Positions 7,442 through 16,577 of a stretch of DNA of 64,000 nt are shown here, piece after piece. Below the pieces are notes generated by a model that saw only the letters and a program-made list of their open reading frames with translations, had not been told where the DNA came from and made no database searches. A program made the position numbers and the translations under genes. Numbering within the stretch: position 1 is the stretch's first letter; every line of letters starts with the position of its first letter. Source of the DNA: Gemmatimonas sp. (GTDB taxonomy: Bacteria > Gemmatimonadota > Gemmatimonadetes > Gemmatimonadales > Gemmatimonadaceae); NCBI GenBank assembly GCA_031414535.1, contig JANNVQ010000017.1:25450-89449 (forward strand), in the 5' to 3' direction.

Positions 7442-10400
7442 TGCGTCCTGTACTTCGCTTGGTATTGTGCGGCGTTGCTCTGCTTTCCTGCGCGCCTGAA
7501 GTTATCGTTGCGCCTCCGGAACCAGGGACGGTGACGGTCACGATCGCTGCGAGCACCATTCTGCAGGGTTCGACGACTCAGGCCACGGCCACTGCAACGG
7601 ATTCACGTGGGCTTGTGCTGTCGAGCGAGCCGCGGGTGTGGACCTCGTCGGCGCCACTGGTGGCGTCTGTGAGCGCAACCGGCTTGGTGACTGCATTGGC
7701 CCCGGGCTCGGCTCAGATCAGCGCCTCCGTGCTTGGGCGCACGTCTGGGGTGGCGGTGACGGTGTTGCCGCGCGCGGTGCGCGTGACGGTCACACCGGAC
7801 TCGGCAACGCGTACGTACGCAGACACCGTCCGTTTTACTGGCGCGGCCTTCGCTGTCGGTAATGCGGCGATGCCGGGCGCGCCCATGGCGTACTCGATCA
7901 CGACGGGCAGTAGCTTCGCGTCCGTCAGCACCACGGGCTTGGTCACGCCGGTGCTGCAGTTCGATACGGTCACGCGGCTGGTCACTGTGCGCGCGACCTC
8001 TGATACGGCGTCGGGCACGGCCCAGTTGCGCTTGCGGAAGCTGCCAATCGATACCGTCATCGTCTCACCGGCCAGCGCGAGCCGCACGGCGGGTCTGACG
8101 GCTCAGTTCACGGCCGAGGCTCGGCGCACGAACGGGTCGGTGCTGACGGATCGTGTGGTCACTTGGACGAGCAGCAACACCGGCGTAGCCACTGTCAACG
8201 CGAGTGGCTTGGTGACTGCGGTCGCCGCGGGCACTGCGACCATCTCGGCCACGTCCGAGACCCGCGTCACGACGGCGGTTGTGACGGTTACCAACACGCC
8301 CGTGCAGACGGTGGATATTGTGTTGCCGTCGCTTACGACGCCGTTGACGGCGCTCAACCTTGCGAACGGCCGCACGCAGCAATTGAACACCATCCTCAAG
8401 GACGCAGGGAACAATGTTCTGACGGGGCGCACGGTCACGTGGAGTTCGGGCACCCCCGGCGTGGCGACGGTGTCGGCGACGGGAGTCGTTTCTGCGGTTG
8501 CTGCCGCAGGCACGACCATTATCACCGCCACCTCTGAAGGGCAGACGGCGTCGTTCACACTCACCATCGGAAATCCGGTCGCGAGCGTGACGCTGCCCGC
8601 GAGCATCGCGGTGTCGAACGTGCAAACAACGAGCCAGACCGTGACGGTACGGGACGTCAGCCTCGTGGGCCTCGCTAACCGCGTGGTGACGGTCACGTCT
8701 ACCAACCCTTCGATTGTCACTGCCACCCCTGCCGTTTCGCAGACCAACATCTCAGGCGTTGTCACTCTCGCGGTGCGAGGCGTCGCGGTAGGCTCCGCGT
8801 CAATCATTGCGAGTTCCGAGGGCTTTGCCGACACCGTGCTGGTCACGGTGTCTACGGCCGTGCCTGCTTCCATCACTTTTGATGGCTACCTCGCCCTCAC
8901 CACGACTCCAAGCATCAGCACAGGTAGGACGTACCAAGCGGTAGCCACGGTGCGCGACAACCTTGGCAACGCCATTCCTGGCCAGGCTGTCACTTGGACG
9001 TCATCCCTACCGACAGCGGCGACGGTCAGCACGTCTGGCCTCGTCACCGGCGTTGGCGCTGGCTCTACGCTCATCACTGCCGCGGTGACTTCGAATCCTG
9101 CGATTTCCCTCGGCCGCACGTTTACAACCCAGAACCCGGTCGCGACAGTTCTGTTGTCCAGCAGCACCATCTCTGGCGTGGTGAGCTTGGTGAGCAACGT
9201 GACCGTGACGCCGCGCGATGCAGCGAACGCGACTCTCACTGGCCGTCCGTTCACGGCCACGTCGTCGGACACGACAATTGCCAGGGTGATATTGGTGTCC
9301 GCGAATCAGATTCAGGTCACCAACGTGCGAATCGGCACGGCCGTGATTACGGTCGCGTCTGAGGCTGTCACTTCTACGATCAACGTGACGGTGACACCGC
9401 CGCCGGTGGCCTCGGTGATCATCACGGGCGGCACGACGCTGAATCGCAGTAGCACACTGCAGTTGACAGCGACGACGCGTGACGCGGGCAACAATGTGCT
9501 CACGGGCCGCACGGTCACGTGGTCCTCGTCAAATCCGGCCGCCGCGACAATCAACGCGTCGACTGGCTTGGTCACGGGCGTTGGCGTTGGCTCCACCCTG
9601 ATTACGGCCACGAGTGAAGGCATCAACGGCACGGTGACAATTTCTGTCACCACCGATGTGACGCAGGTGATTGTCGCACCGAGCACGTTCTCCCTCGCAG
9701 TGGGGGCGACGCAGACCCTCACAGCCACGCCGCAGAATGCCGGTGGCACGGCACTGACCGGACGGACGGTCACTTGGACGAGCCTCAGCCCGACCATCGC
9801 AAGCGTGAACGCCTCCACCGGCGTTGTGACGGGCGTGGCAATCGGCTCCGCGACCATCCGTGCTACCGTGGATGGCGTGATTGGTAACGCCACGGCAACC
9901 GTCACCGCAGCGGTCAACGTTTGCGATCCGGTCGCACACACACCGCCCTCGACGGTTAGCGGTTCCGTAACCACGACGGACTGCATCGTGACCGCCGGCA
10001 CGACGTTCGAAGACATCTTCACGCTCACCTCTGGTGCCAGCCGCGTGATGTCATGGAACGTCACGCCGACCGGAGGCTCGCTGCTGTTGGCGCGGCAGCT
10101 GCAGCAGAATACGAGCAGCGGGCCCTTCATCAGCACGACCTTCGCCGCCAACGGTATGGCGTACGGGCTCTACGGAGCTGGCACGCATCGCTTCTCTGTG
10201 CGGAACACAACGGCAGCTCCTGTGAACTATTCGTTCACGACGAATGCGGCCGCGACAATCCCTAACGAATGCGTGGTCGTGTCCACCCATATCGGATCCG
10301 GCGTGTCGGCCAACTTGAGTCTCGGGACCGCCTCCTGCTACGCCAATTCCAAGCGCTACGGTCGGTTCTGGATGCATATGGCGGCGGGGCAGCAGGTCAC

Positions 10401-10686
10401 CATCACGATGACGGCCGCCTACGACGCATTCCTCGAACTGTATCCTCTCAATGGCGACGGGACGGTGGGCACGCGGGTCGCCTCCGACGACGACGGCGCG
10501 GGTGGTACGAATTCGCGCATCATCTTCACGGCGACCACGGCGGGATTCTTCGAACTCCGATCCACGACGTTCGCGAACGACATCACCGGCGCATACACGC
10601 TCTCGTTGAGCAGTACGCCGTCGAACCTGATGGCGCCTGATGCGAGCGCTCCCCTCGCGATTCGCACCCCGGATTCCCGTCCGTGA
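7441..10686 (+). CDS. Large Ig-like (Big_2) repeat surface lipoprotein with C-terminal PPC-like domain
   Basis: Lipobox LLSC. About 9 repeats of VTW(T/S)SS..ATV..GLVT(A/G)V. C-terminal 'VTITMT..YDAFLEL..VASDDDGAGGTNSRI..GAYTLSL' is PPC-like. Confidence 0.88.
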   Translation: MRPVLRLVLCGVALLSCAPEVIVAPPEPGTVTVTIAASTILQGSTTQATATATDSRGLVLSSEPRVWTSSAPLVASVSATGLVTALAPGSAQISASVLGRTSGVAVTVLPRAVRVTVTPDSATRTYADTVRFTGAAFAVGNAAMPGAPMAYSITTGSSFASVSTTGLVTPVLQFDTVTRLVTVRATSDTASGTAQLRLRKLPIDTVIVSPASASRTAGLTAQFTAEARRTNGSVLTDRVVTWTSSNTGVATVNASGLVTAVAAGTATISATSETRVTTAVVTVTNTPVQTVDIVLPSLTTPLTALNLANGRTQQLNTILKDAGNNVLTGRTVTWSSGTPGVATVSATGVVSAVAAAGTTIITATSEGQTASFTLTIGNPVASVTLPASIAVSNVQTTSQTVTVRDVSLVGLANRVVTVTSTNPSIVTATPAVSQTNISGVVTLAVRGVAVGSASIIASSEGFADTVLVTVSTAVPASITFDGYLALTTTPSISTGRTYQAVATVRDNLGNAIPGQAVTWTSSLPTAATVSTSGLVTGVGAGSTLITAAVTSNPAISLGRTFTTQNPVATVLLSSSTISGVVSLVSNVTVTPRDAANATLTGRPFTATSSDTTIARVILVSANQIQVTNVRIGTAVITVASEAVTSTINVTVTPPPVASVIITGGTTLNRSSTLQLTATTRDAGNNVLTGRTVTWSSSNPAAATINASTGLVTGVGVGSTLITATSEGINGTVTISVTTDVTQVIVAPSTFSLAVGATQTLTATPQNAGGTALTGRTVTWTSLSPTIASVNASTGVVTGVAIGSATIRATVDGVIGNATATVTAAVNVCDPVAHTPPSTVSGSVTTTDCIVTAGTTFEDIFTLTSGASRVMSWNVTPTGGSLLLARQLQQNTSSGPFISTTFAANGMAYGLYGAGTHRFSVRNTTAAPVNYSFTTNAAATIPNECVVVSTHIGSGVSANLSLGTASCYANSKRYGRFWMHMAAGQQVTITMTAAYDAFLELYPLNGDGTVGTRVASDDDGAGGTNSRIIFTATTAGFFELRSTTFANDITGAYTLSLSSTPSNLMAPDASAPLAIRTPDSRP

Positions 10687-11543
10687 TGCTGATCCGACGG
10701 CTCGCGTCGGCGGTCACGCTGCTGCTGCCCGCCGTTGCCCACGGGCAGGGTGGCAGCAGTTGTGCGCCCGGCCTCGACGCCGAGTGGCAGCGGGTGCGCC
10801 TCATCCGCTACGTCTCGCCCGATCGGTCGCGCGCCCAAGTCGAACAACTCCTCTTGGGCGAGGCGCGACGCCTCGCCGTGCAGCAGGCCGTCGGTATCGC
10901 CATCGCGAGCACAACCACGCGCACGCAATACGAAGCGATGGCGAACGGCGAATCGAAGGAGTATCGCGACAACTTCTTCGAGCTCTACTCGCAGGAGGCG
11001 GCCGGTCTCATCGTTGAAGAGAAGCACACCACCGCCCGGCGCGGCGATGACTCGCTCTCGGTGGTCTACGAGGCTCGCGTCAGCTGTGACACGGGGCCGG
11101 TCGCGGCGGGCTTCACGGCTAAGGTGGAGACCAACCAAGAGACGTACCGGGAGCGGGACCAAGTCACCATTGACGTGGAAGCGAGCGACTCCTCCCGCGT
11201 CTACCTCTTCTCGATGGCGCAAGACGGATCTGCGGTGATGATCTTCCCGAACCACATCGACGCTGCCAACACGCTGCGGCCCGGTGTGAAGCGCGTCGTT
11301 CCTGGGCCTGGAGCGCTCTACAGTTTGCCCGTCAGTCTCGATCAGCGCTTCGGGCCGTCGCAGAACGAAATGCTGCTCGCCATTTTCTATCGGGGCTCCG
11401 GGCCGCCGCCCTTCCGTGCGGCGGATGCGTTCTCAAAGGTCTTCACGCTGCAGGAAATCAATCGCGTCTTGCTGTTAATCCCGCGCGCAGAGAGAACTCG
11501 CGTCGCGACCGGCTACGAGATCCGCGCCCGCGCGGAGCGCTAG
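10683..11543 (+). CDS. Secreted LPP20/FlgT_N-like + DUF4384-like protein (paralogue A)
   Basis: Sec signal AVAHG-Q, 'EARRLAVQQAVG' helix, and C-terminal 'YRERDQVTI..VYLFS..DGSAVMIFPN' DUF4384 pattern. Confidence 0.75.
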   Translation: MMLIRRLASAVTLLLPAVAHGQGGSSCAPGLDAEWQRVRLIRYVSPDRSRAQVEQLLLGEARRLAVQQAVGIAIASTTTRTQYEAMANGESKEYRDNFFELYSQEAAGLIVEEKHTTARRGDDSLSVVYEARVSCDTGPVAAGFTAKVETNQETYRERDQVTIDVEASDSSRVYLFSMAQDGSAVMIFPNHIDAANTLRPGVKRVVPGPGALYSLPVSLDQRFGPSQNEMLLAIFYRGSGPPPFRAADAFSKVFTLQEINRVLLLIPRAERTRVATGYEIRARAER

Positions 11544-11568
11544 CATCGCGCGCGCCGCCGCCGCGCCA

Positions 11569-12498
11569 TTGTTGCGCCCGCGAGTGACCATCATACTCGC
11601 GCTGGCGCTCGGCGTTGGGCTTGCCTGCGCCTCGTCCCCACGGCCCACCGCGGCGACACCCTCAGCTTCCCCCGCCAATTCCGGACCCTGGCAGCAGCGC
11701 GAGTCGCCAACCCCGAGCCTGGGCTGCGTGCCTGGGCTCGAGCGCGAGTGGCAGCGCCTTCGCCTCTCCCGCTATGTACCACCGGACCGTTCGCGCGCGC
11801 AGGTGGAGCAGGTGCTGCTCAGCGAGGCGCGCGTGCTCGCCGTCCAGCAGGCCGTTGGCATCAGCATTGCCACGACCACCTCGCGGGCGCAGTACGAGGC
11901 GATGTCGAACGGATCATCGCGGGAGTATCGCGATCACTTCATTGAGCTCTATAGCCAAGAGGCGGCGGGCCTGATTGTGGAGGAGCGCCATCGCACGGCG
12001 CGTCCGTACGCCGATTCCTTGGCCCTCACGTACGAGGCACGCGTCGCCTGCGATGCGGGGAGTGAGGCGGCGGGATTCACCGCATCCCTCAGCACGGACC
12101 AGCTGGTCTACCGCGCAGGCGATTCCATCAGAATTGCGGTGCGCGCGTCCGATGCGGCAAGGCTCTATCTCTTTTCCGTGTTACAGGATGGATCCGCTCG
12201 GCTCATTTTCCCCAATTCGATTGAGCCGCGCAACGAGCTTGTTGGCGGCGGAGCCCGCACGATTCCCAGTCCCGGTGGTGTCTACCGCCTGACCGCGGAG
12301 CTAGATTCGCGCTTCGGTGCAACGCAGGCCGAGTTGTTGCTGGGCATCTTCCTCACTGGAGACGTTCCTTCGCCGTTTCGTGCCCAAGACGCCAAGGTGG
12401 TGGAGTTCTCTCTCGAGGAGATCAACCGCATCCTGCTGCGAATCCCCCGTGCCCAGCGGACGCGGGTCGCGGTCGGTTACGAGATTCGTGCGCGCTAA
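11569..12498 (+). CDS. Lipoprotein LPP20/FlgT_N-like + DUF4384-like protein (paralogue B)
   Basis: Lipobox GLAC. Colinear paralogue of 10683-11543, with 'YRAGDSIRI..LYLFS..DGSARLIFPN'. TTG start is uncertain. Confidence 0.75.
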   Translation: MLRPRVTIILALALGVGLACASSPRPTAATPSASPANSGPWQQRESPTPSLGCVPGLEREWQRLRLSRYVPPDRSRAQVEQVLLSEARVLAVQQAVGISIATTTSRAQYEAMSNGSSREYRDHFIELYSQEAAGLIVEERHRTARPYADSLALTYEARVACDAGSEAAGFTASLSTDQLVYRAGDSIRIAVRASDAARLYLFSVLQDGSARLIFPNSIEPRNELVGGGARTIPSPGGVYRLTAELDSRFGATQAELLLGIFLTGDVPSPFRAQDAKVVEFSLEEINRILLRIPRAQRTRVAVGYEIRAR

Positions 12499-12513
12499 TC
12501 GCGCGCCGCTTCG

Positions 12514-15500
12514 ATGACCGTACCCGCCTCACCCTCATTCCGACTCCACACGCTCGGCACGGCGACGCTCGAGCGCCGCGACGACGCTGGCACCTGGGAG
12601 GTGGTGATGCGCGCGAGCAAGCCGCTTGCGCTGCTGGTGTATCTCGCCACGGTCGCCGGGCGCTCACTCTCGCGCGAACAGCTGGCCGACTCGCTCTGGG
12701 GCGACGAATCGCCTGAGCGCGCCCGCGCCTCGCTGCGTCAGGCCATTTACGCGCTCAAGCAGGTAATCGGAGAGGAGGTACTGCAGAGCGAGCGCGAAGT
12801 GGTGGTGCTCCGCGAAGGCGCCATCGAATGCGATCGCGATGCCTTTGTCGCCGCCATGCGGCGCAATGATTTGGACACGATGCTGTCCGTGTATCACGGG
12901 GCCTTCTGCGATTCGCTCACGGTGGGTGGTGCCACGGAGTACGATCGCTGGATGCGGGCTGAGCGCTCACACCTGGAGCGCCTCCTGCTTGATCGCGCGC
13001 AAAGCGTGGTGGCGGCACGCATCGCGGCGGGAGAGGGCGATTCCGCGCTGGTGGCGGCTCGTGCACTTGAACGACATCTCGCCGACCGCAGCGAGGTCCA
13101 GGTGTTGCTCTTTGACGCGCTGGTGGCCTCAGGAGGGAGGCTCGAGGCGGTGCAGCGGCTTTCGGCGCACGCCTCTCAGCTCTCCTCGCAGGAACTGTCC
13201 ATTCCCCCGCAGATTGCCGAACGCATCGCGCGCGTGCGGCGGGCCGCACTCGAGACGCCAGCACCGTCCAGTAATTCCCTCAGTTCCATTGGCGAGCATC
13301 TGATTGGCCGCGATTCCCTGCTCGGGGAACTCTCGCGCGAGGCAGAAGCGGCGCGCGGCGGCGGCGCCCGCCGTGTGATTCTGAACGGACCAGCTGGCGT
13401 AGGCAAGACCCGTGTGCTGGATGAACTGGAAGCGCGCCTCCGGCTTCGCGGCGCCCGTGTGGTGCGCGCCGGTTTATTGCCGAGTATGCAGGATGTCGAG
13501 AACTCGGCGCTAGTGGAAGTCGTGCGCGCGGTCTGCGATCTCCCGGGTGCGTTGGGCGTGTCGGAGCAGTCGGCACGGCGCCTGGTTCGCGTACTGCCAG
13601 AGTTGCGGACCCGCTTTCCGGGTGTGCCACGCGATTCGCAGTTGGGATCGGATGACATTCGTGCACTGCAGGTTGCTGTGTCGGATCTGCTCGCCTCGGT
13701 ATCCGAGGAACGCCTGGTCGTACTGATGCTCGACAACGTGCATCACGCTGATGTGGCGTCTTTGCAGGTGATGATTGGCACACAGATTCATCCAAAGAGC
13801 CGCCTGCTCCAGTTGTGGACCTCGCGCAGCGGACGGGAGTACACGAGTGATTCTGGCACGTCGGTCATTGATGTGCTCCCGCTCGCCGAGCCGGACGTGG
13901 TTGCGCTGCTCTCTGCGGTGGCTCGGGTGCCGGATGAGCCGTGGATGCATGGACTCGCGGCGGCGCTCTACCGCCGTTCGCGCGGGGTGCCGCTCTTAGT
14001 GCTGGCGGCCATCCGTTCATTAGGTGCAGCCGGACTGCTGCGCATCTCACAGGGCATGTGGACCAGCGAGCGCCCGGAGGCACTGCTGCAAATGGCGAAC
14101 GCCACGGCGGGCACCGGCGCTCTGGTTGCTGGCGTGGATGCCGTGTCGCGCTTGGCACTTGAGGTGCTGGCGGCGTGGGGTCGGCCGATGGAGGAGCGCG
14201 ACCTGCTCGGAACCCTGGCATTCGCGGCGCGCGCGGTAGGGATGGACGAATGGCGCGCGTGCCTTCGCCGCCTCGAATCGCTGGGTCTCGTACAGTCCCG
14301 CGACGTGAACTGGGCCATCGCCCACGACACGGTGGCAGATGAGTTGCGCGCCACGCCTTCCACGGTACTCAACGACGCGCCGCGCGAGCTCTTGTTCGCG
14401 TACTGGAGTGCTCCCACCAGACTCACGGTGAACGCGTTCGAGCAGCTGGCCCTGCTCACCGGGCAAGAGGCCTCGCCCATGATGGCCTTACGTCTCGCAC
14501 GCGTGGCCCAGAAGCTGCCGCGCTTCTCCGATGCTGGGCTCCGCGGCCGTGAGCTCACGCGACGCATTGCTCGGCAGTCTGGTCATCCGGAGTGGGAACG
14601 CGATATTTCACATGGGATTGGCTTTTTTGCGCGGCAATCGGACGGGACGCGCTTTGCGTTGGCAGTGGTGATGACCTTTGCGCTCATGGGACTCTCTGTC
14701 CTCGCGGTGCAACTGCAGCCGCGCATCGTGATTGAGAGTGTCCCGATGGCGGAGCAAAGCCGAGAAGGTGAGGCAGCGGAATTCGTAGTCCAGCCGCGCG
14801 TGCGCATTGCGGACGGTTTTGGGAGGGCGAGCGAGCTCGAGGTACCCGTGCGGGTGACCGTGGACCACGGCCGCCTTGTTGGTGAAACGCTACGCAAGAC
14901 AGAGAAGGGGCGACTGCAATTCGAGAGCGTGGCCTTGATACGTGGCCCGTCGCGGTCCGATGGACGCCCTGTGCATGTGCACTTTGAAGGACCCTGGTAC
15001 GTTCGTCCAGCAACCACGGAGATTCCAGGCCTCAGTACCGCGTACACCCGCGATGGATTTCGCATCGTGGCGCTCACGGCTAACGGAGTCCCCGTCGGGG
15101 ATGACTTCGTTGTGAGCGTGAAGGTGCGGGATTCGATTCGCTTTGACTTGGCCTTCGAGTATACGACCGGAATGCCAACGGCCAATTACATTCTTGGGGC
15201 GATGCCTACTTGGGGGAGGCGGGAGCAGAGTGCCATTCGACTGGCTGGACTCCCACGCCCCGTCGTGAATGCCTGGCGCTGGGTGACCTTTGCTGTTCCA
15301 CCACTTGGACGCCCCGGTGAGGAGTACGTGCTGATTCTGATGGACGCCGAAGACACGGTGGACCATATGTTCTCGAGCACCAGTTGGCAGGCGGGCGCTC
15401 CACGCTGGAATGATGGGAATGATCTCGTTGATCTTGGGCGGGAGTTCTTTGAGGACCTGCGGCGGTCCGGGACGGCAGTTGCCGAAGGCCAAGCACGCGC

Positions 15501-15636
15501 ACTGTACTCCAAACAGCAAGGAGGGTACCGCGTGGGTGATCAGGTGGTACTCAGAGACAAACGGGATTCTGCCGCTTACACGATCCCACGCGTCATCACC
15601 GGTCGCGCCGTGCTGGTGCGCTTTACCGAGAACTGA
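12514..15636 (+). CDS. SARP/BTAD-like regulator fused to AAA ATPase, one TM helix and an extracytoplasmic beta domain
   Basis: N-terminal LHTLG..KPLALLVYLA..SREQLADSLWG..ARASLRQA (AfsR/SARP-like), Walker A GPAGVGKT, Walker B VVLMLDNVH, SRGVPL, TM FALAVVMTFALMGLSVLAV. Confidence 0.85.
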   Translation: MTVPASPSFRLHTLGTATLERRDDAGTWEVVMRASKPLALLVYLATVAGRSLSREQLADSLWGDESPERARASLRQAIYALKQVIGEEVLQSEREVVVLREGAIECDRDAFVAAMRRNDLDTMLSVYHGAFCDSLTVGGATEYDRWMRAERSHLERLLLDRAQSVVAARIAAGEGDSALVAARALERHLADRSEVQVLLFDALVASGGRLEAVQRLSAHASQLSSQELSIPPQIAERIARVRRAALETPAPSSNSLSSIGEHLIGRDSLLGELSREAEAARGGGARRVILNGPAGVGKTRVLDELEARLRLRGARVVRAGLLPSMQDVENSALVEVVRAVCDLPGALGVSEQSARRLVRVLPELRTRFPGVPRDSQLGSDDIRALQVAVSDLLASVSEERLVVLMLDNVHHADVASLQVMIGTQIHPKSRLLQLWTSRSGREYTSDSGTSVIDVLPLAEPDVVALLSAVARVPDEPWMHGLAAALYRRSRGVPLLVLAAIRSLGAAGLLRISQGMWTSERPEALLQMANATAGTGALVAGVDAVSRLALEVLAAWGRPMEERDLLGTLAFAARAVGMDEWRACLRRLESLGLVQSRDVNWAIAHDTVADELRATPSTVLNDAPRELLFAYWSAPTRLTVNAFEQLALLTGQEASPMMALRLARVAQKLPRFSDAGLRGRELTRRIARQSGHPEWERDISHGIGFFARQSDGTRFALAVVMTFALMGLSVLAVQLQPRIVIESVPMAEQSREGEAAEFVVQPRVRIADGFGRASELEVPVRVTVDHGRLVGETLRKTEKGRLQFESVALIRGPSRSDGRPVHVHFEGPWYVRPATTEIPGLSTAYTRDGFRIVALTANGVPVGDDFVVSVKVRDSIRFDLAFEYTTGMPTANYILGAMPTWGRREQSAIRLAGLPRPVVNAWRWVTFAVPPLGRPGEEYVLILMDAEDTVDHMFSSTSWQAGAPRWNDGNDLVDLGREFFEDLRRSGTAVAEGQARALYSKQQGGYRVGDQVVLRDKRDSAAYTIPRVITGRAVLVRFTEN

Positions 15637-15651
15637 GCGCGCGAGCGAAGC

Positions 15652-16410
15652 CTACCACTCCGGGGTCGCGAGTCCCTGCAGCAGGGGCCGCGCAAACCGA
15701 TAACCTTGAAAGAGCCGAATGCCCATTTCGCGCAGGACCTGGACCTCTTCGTCCACTTCGACACCCTCCGCGATCACCGTGATGCCTAAATCGCGGCAAG
15801 TCTGCACTGTGCCGGCGATAATGGCGCGCCGCGTGCGATCCTGGTGAATGTTGCGGATGAGCGCCATGTCGAGCTTGATGAGATCCGGCTCAAAGTCCGC
15901 GAGCAACGAGAGGCCGGCGTAGCCGGCACCGAAATCATCGATGGCGGTTTTGAATCCCTGGCGTTTGTACTCAGCGAAAATGCCTTTTAGATGCGCGCGG
16001 TCGCCCACGGGTTCGGCTTCGTTCACTTCGAAGATGATCTGCGACGTGGGGAATCCAAGTTCCGTCGCGGCCTCGAGTGTGACCCGGATGCAGGTTTCTG
16101 GACGGTAGACGGCGTTGGGCAGAAAGTTGATGGATACCGGCACCGTCATGCCGACCCTGGACGCCTCGGTGATGGCCGTGACGCGCGCCGCTTGATCGAA
16201 GCGGTAGCGGTTCTGGTCGTTCACCTTAGCGAGCACGTCCGCGGCTCCCGAGCCATCGGCTCCACGTACCAGGGCCTCGTGCGCAAAAATCGTCCGTGTC
16301 TCCACGTCCACAATGGGCTGGAAGGCCATTGTGATCTCGAAGTCGAGCCCGGCGCCATCTCGGCAGGCTTTACAGGTGAGATGCGGGGGGAGGGCGGGGA
16401 GCGCAGGCAC
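15652..16410 (-). CDS. Stand-alone EAL-domain c-di-GMP phosphodiesterase
   Basis: FQPIVD, EALVR, SINF, FEVNE, IDDFGAGYAGL, IKLD, AEGVE and QGY are all present. N-terminal CKAC. Confidence 0.93.
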   Translation of the reverse strand: MPALPALPPHLTCKACRDGAGLDFEITMAFQPIVDVETRTIFAHEALVRGADGSGAADVLAKVNDQNRYRFDQAARVTAITEASRVGMTVPVSINFLPNAVYRPETCIRVTLEAATELGFPTSQIIFEVNEAEPVGDRAHLKGIFAEYKRQGFKTAIDDFGAGYAGLSLLADFEPDLIKLDMALIRNIHQDRTRRAIIAGTVQTCRDLGITVIAEGVEVDEEVQVLREMGIRLFQGYRFARPLLQGLATPEW

Positions 16411-16423
16411 GGTTAGAAAGGTG

Positions 16424-16459
16424 GACGGATGACGGATGATGGATGACGGAATGAACGGC
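16424..16459 (-). repeat. Heptamer tandem array GCCGTTC-(ATCCGTC)n in the EAL gene leader
   Basis: + strand reads GACGGAT GACGGAT GATGGAT GACGGAAT GAACGGC. Confidence 0.8.
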
Positions 16460-16552
16460 TATGTGAAAAGATATCCGCAAGGGCTCCCGACCGCTCGCCG
16501 GAGCGCGTCCGAAGCCTCAGGCCAGAGATTAGATTTGTCCTGAGCATTTCGC

Positions 16553-16573
16553 ATCCGTCTTCCGTCATCCGTC
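16553..16573 (+). repeat. Heptamer tandem array (ATCCGTC)x3 in the glyQS leader
   Basis: ATCCGTC TTCCGTC ATCCGTC, ending 4 nt before ATG 16578. Confidence 0.8.
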
Positions 16574-16577
16574 CCCC

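Noticed and set aside
4910..15636. Known caspase-based defence systems (gasdermin, CHAT/Craspase, Avs)
   Set aside because: No gasdermin, CHAT, TIR or Cas partner recognised, and the components carry export signals.
3241..16410. Caspase cluster as a mobile genomic island or prophage
   Set aside because: No integrase, transposase, tRNA, att-like direct repeats or phage genes were recognised. Accessory status needs comparative genomics.
16424..16573. Short repeats as a possible CRISPR array
   Set aside because: 7-nt tandem units without spacers, and no cas genes in the window.
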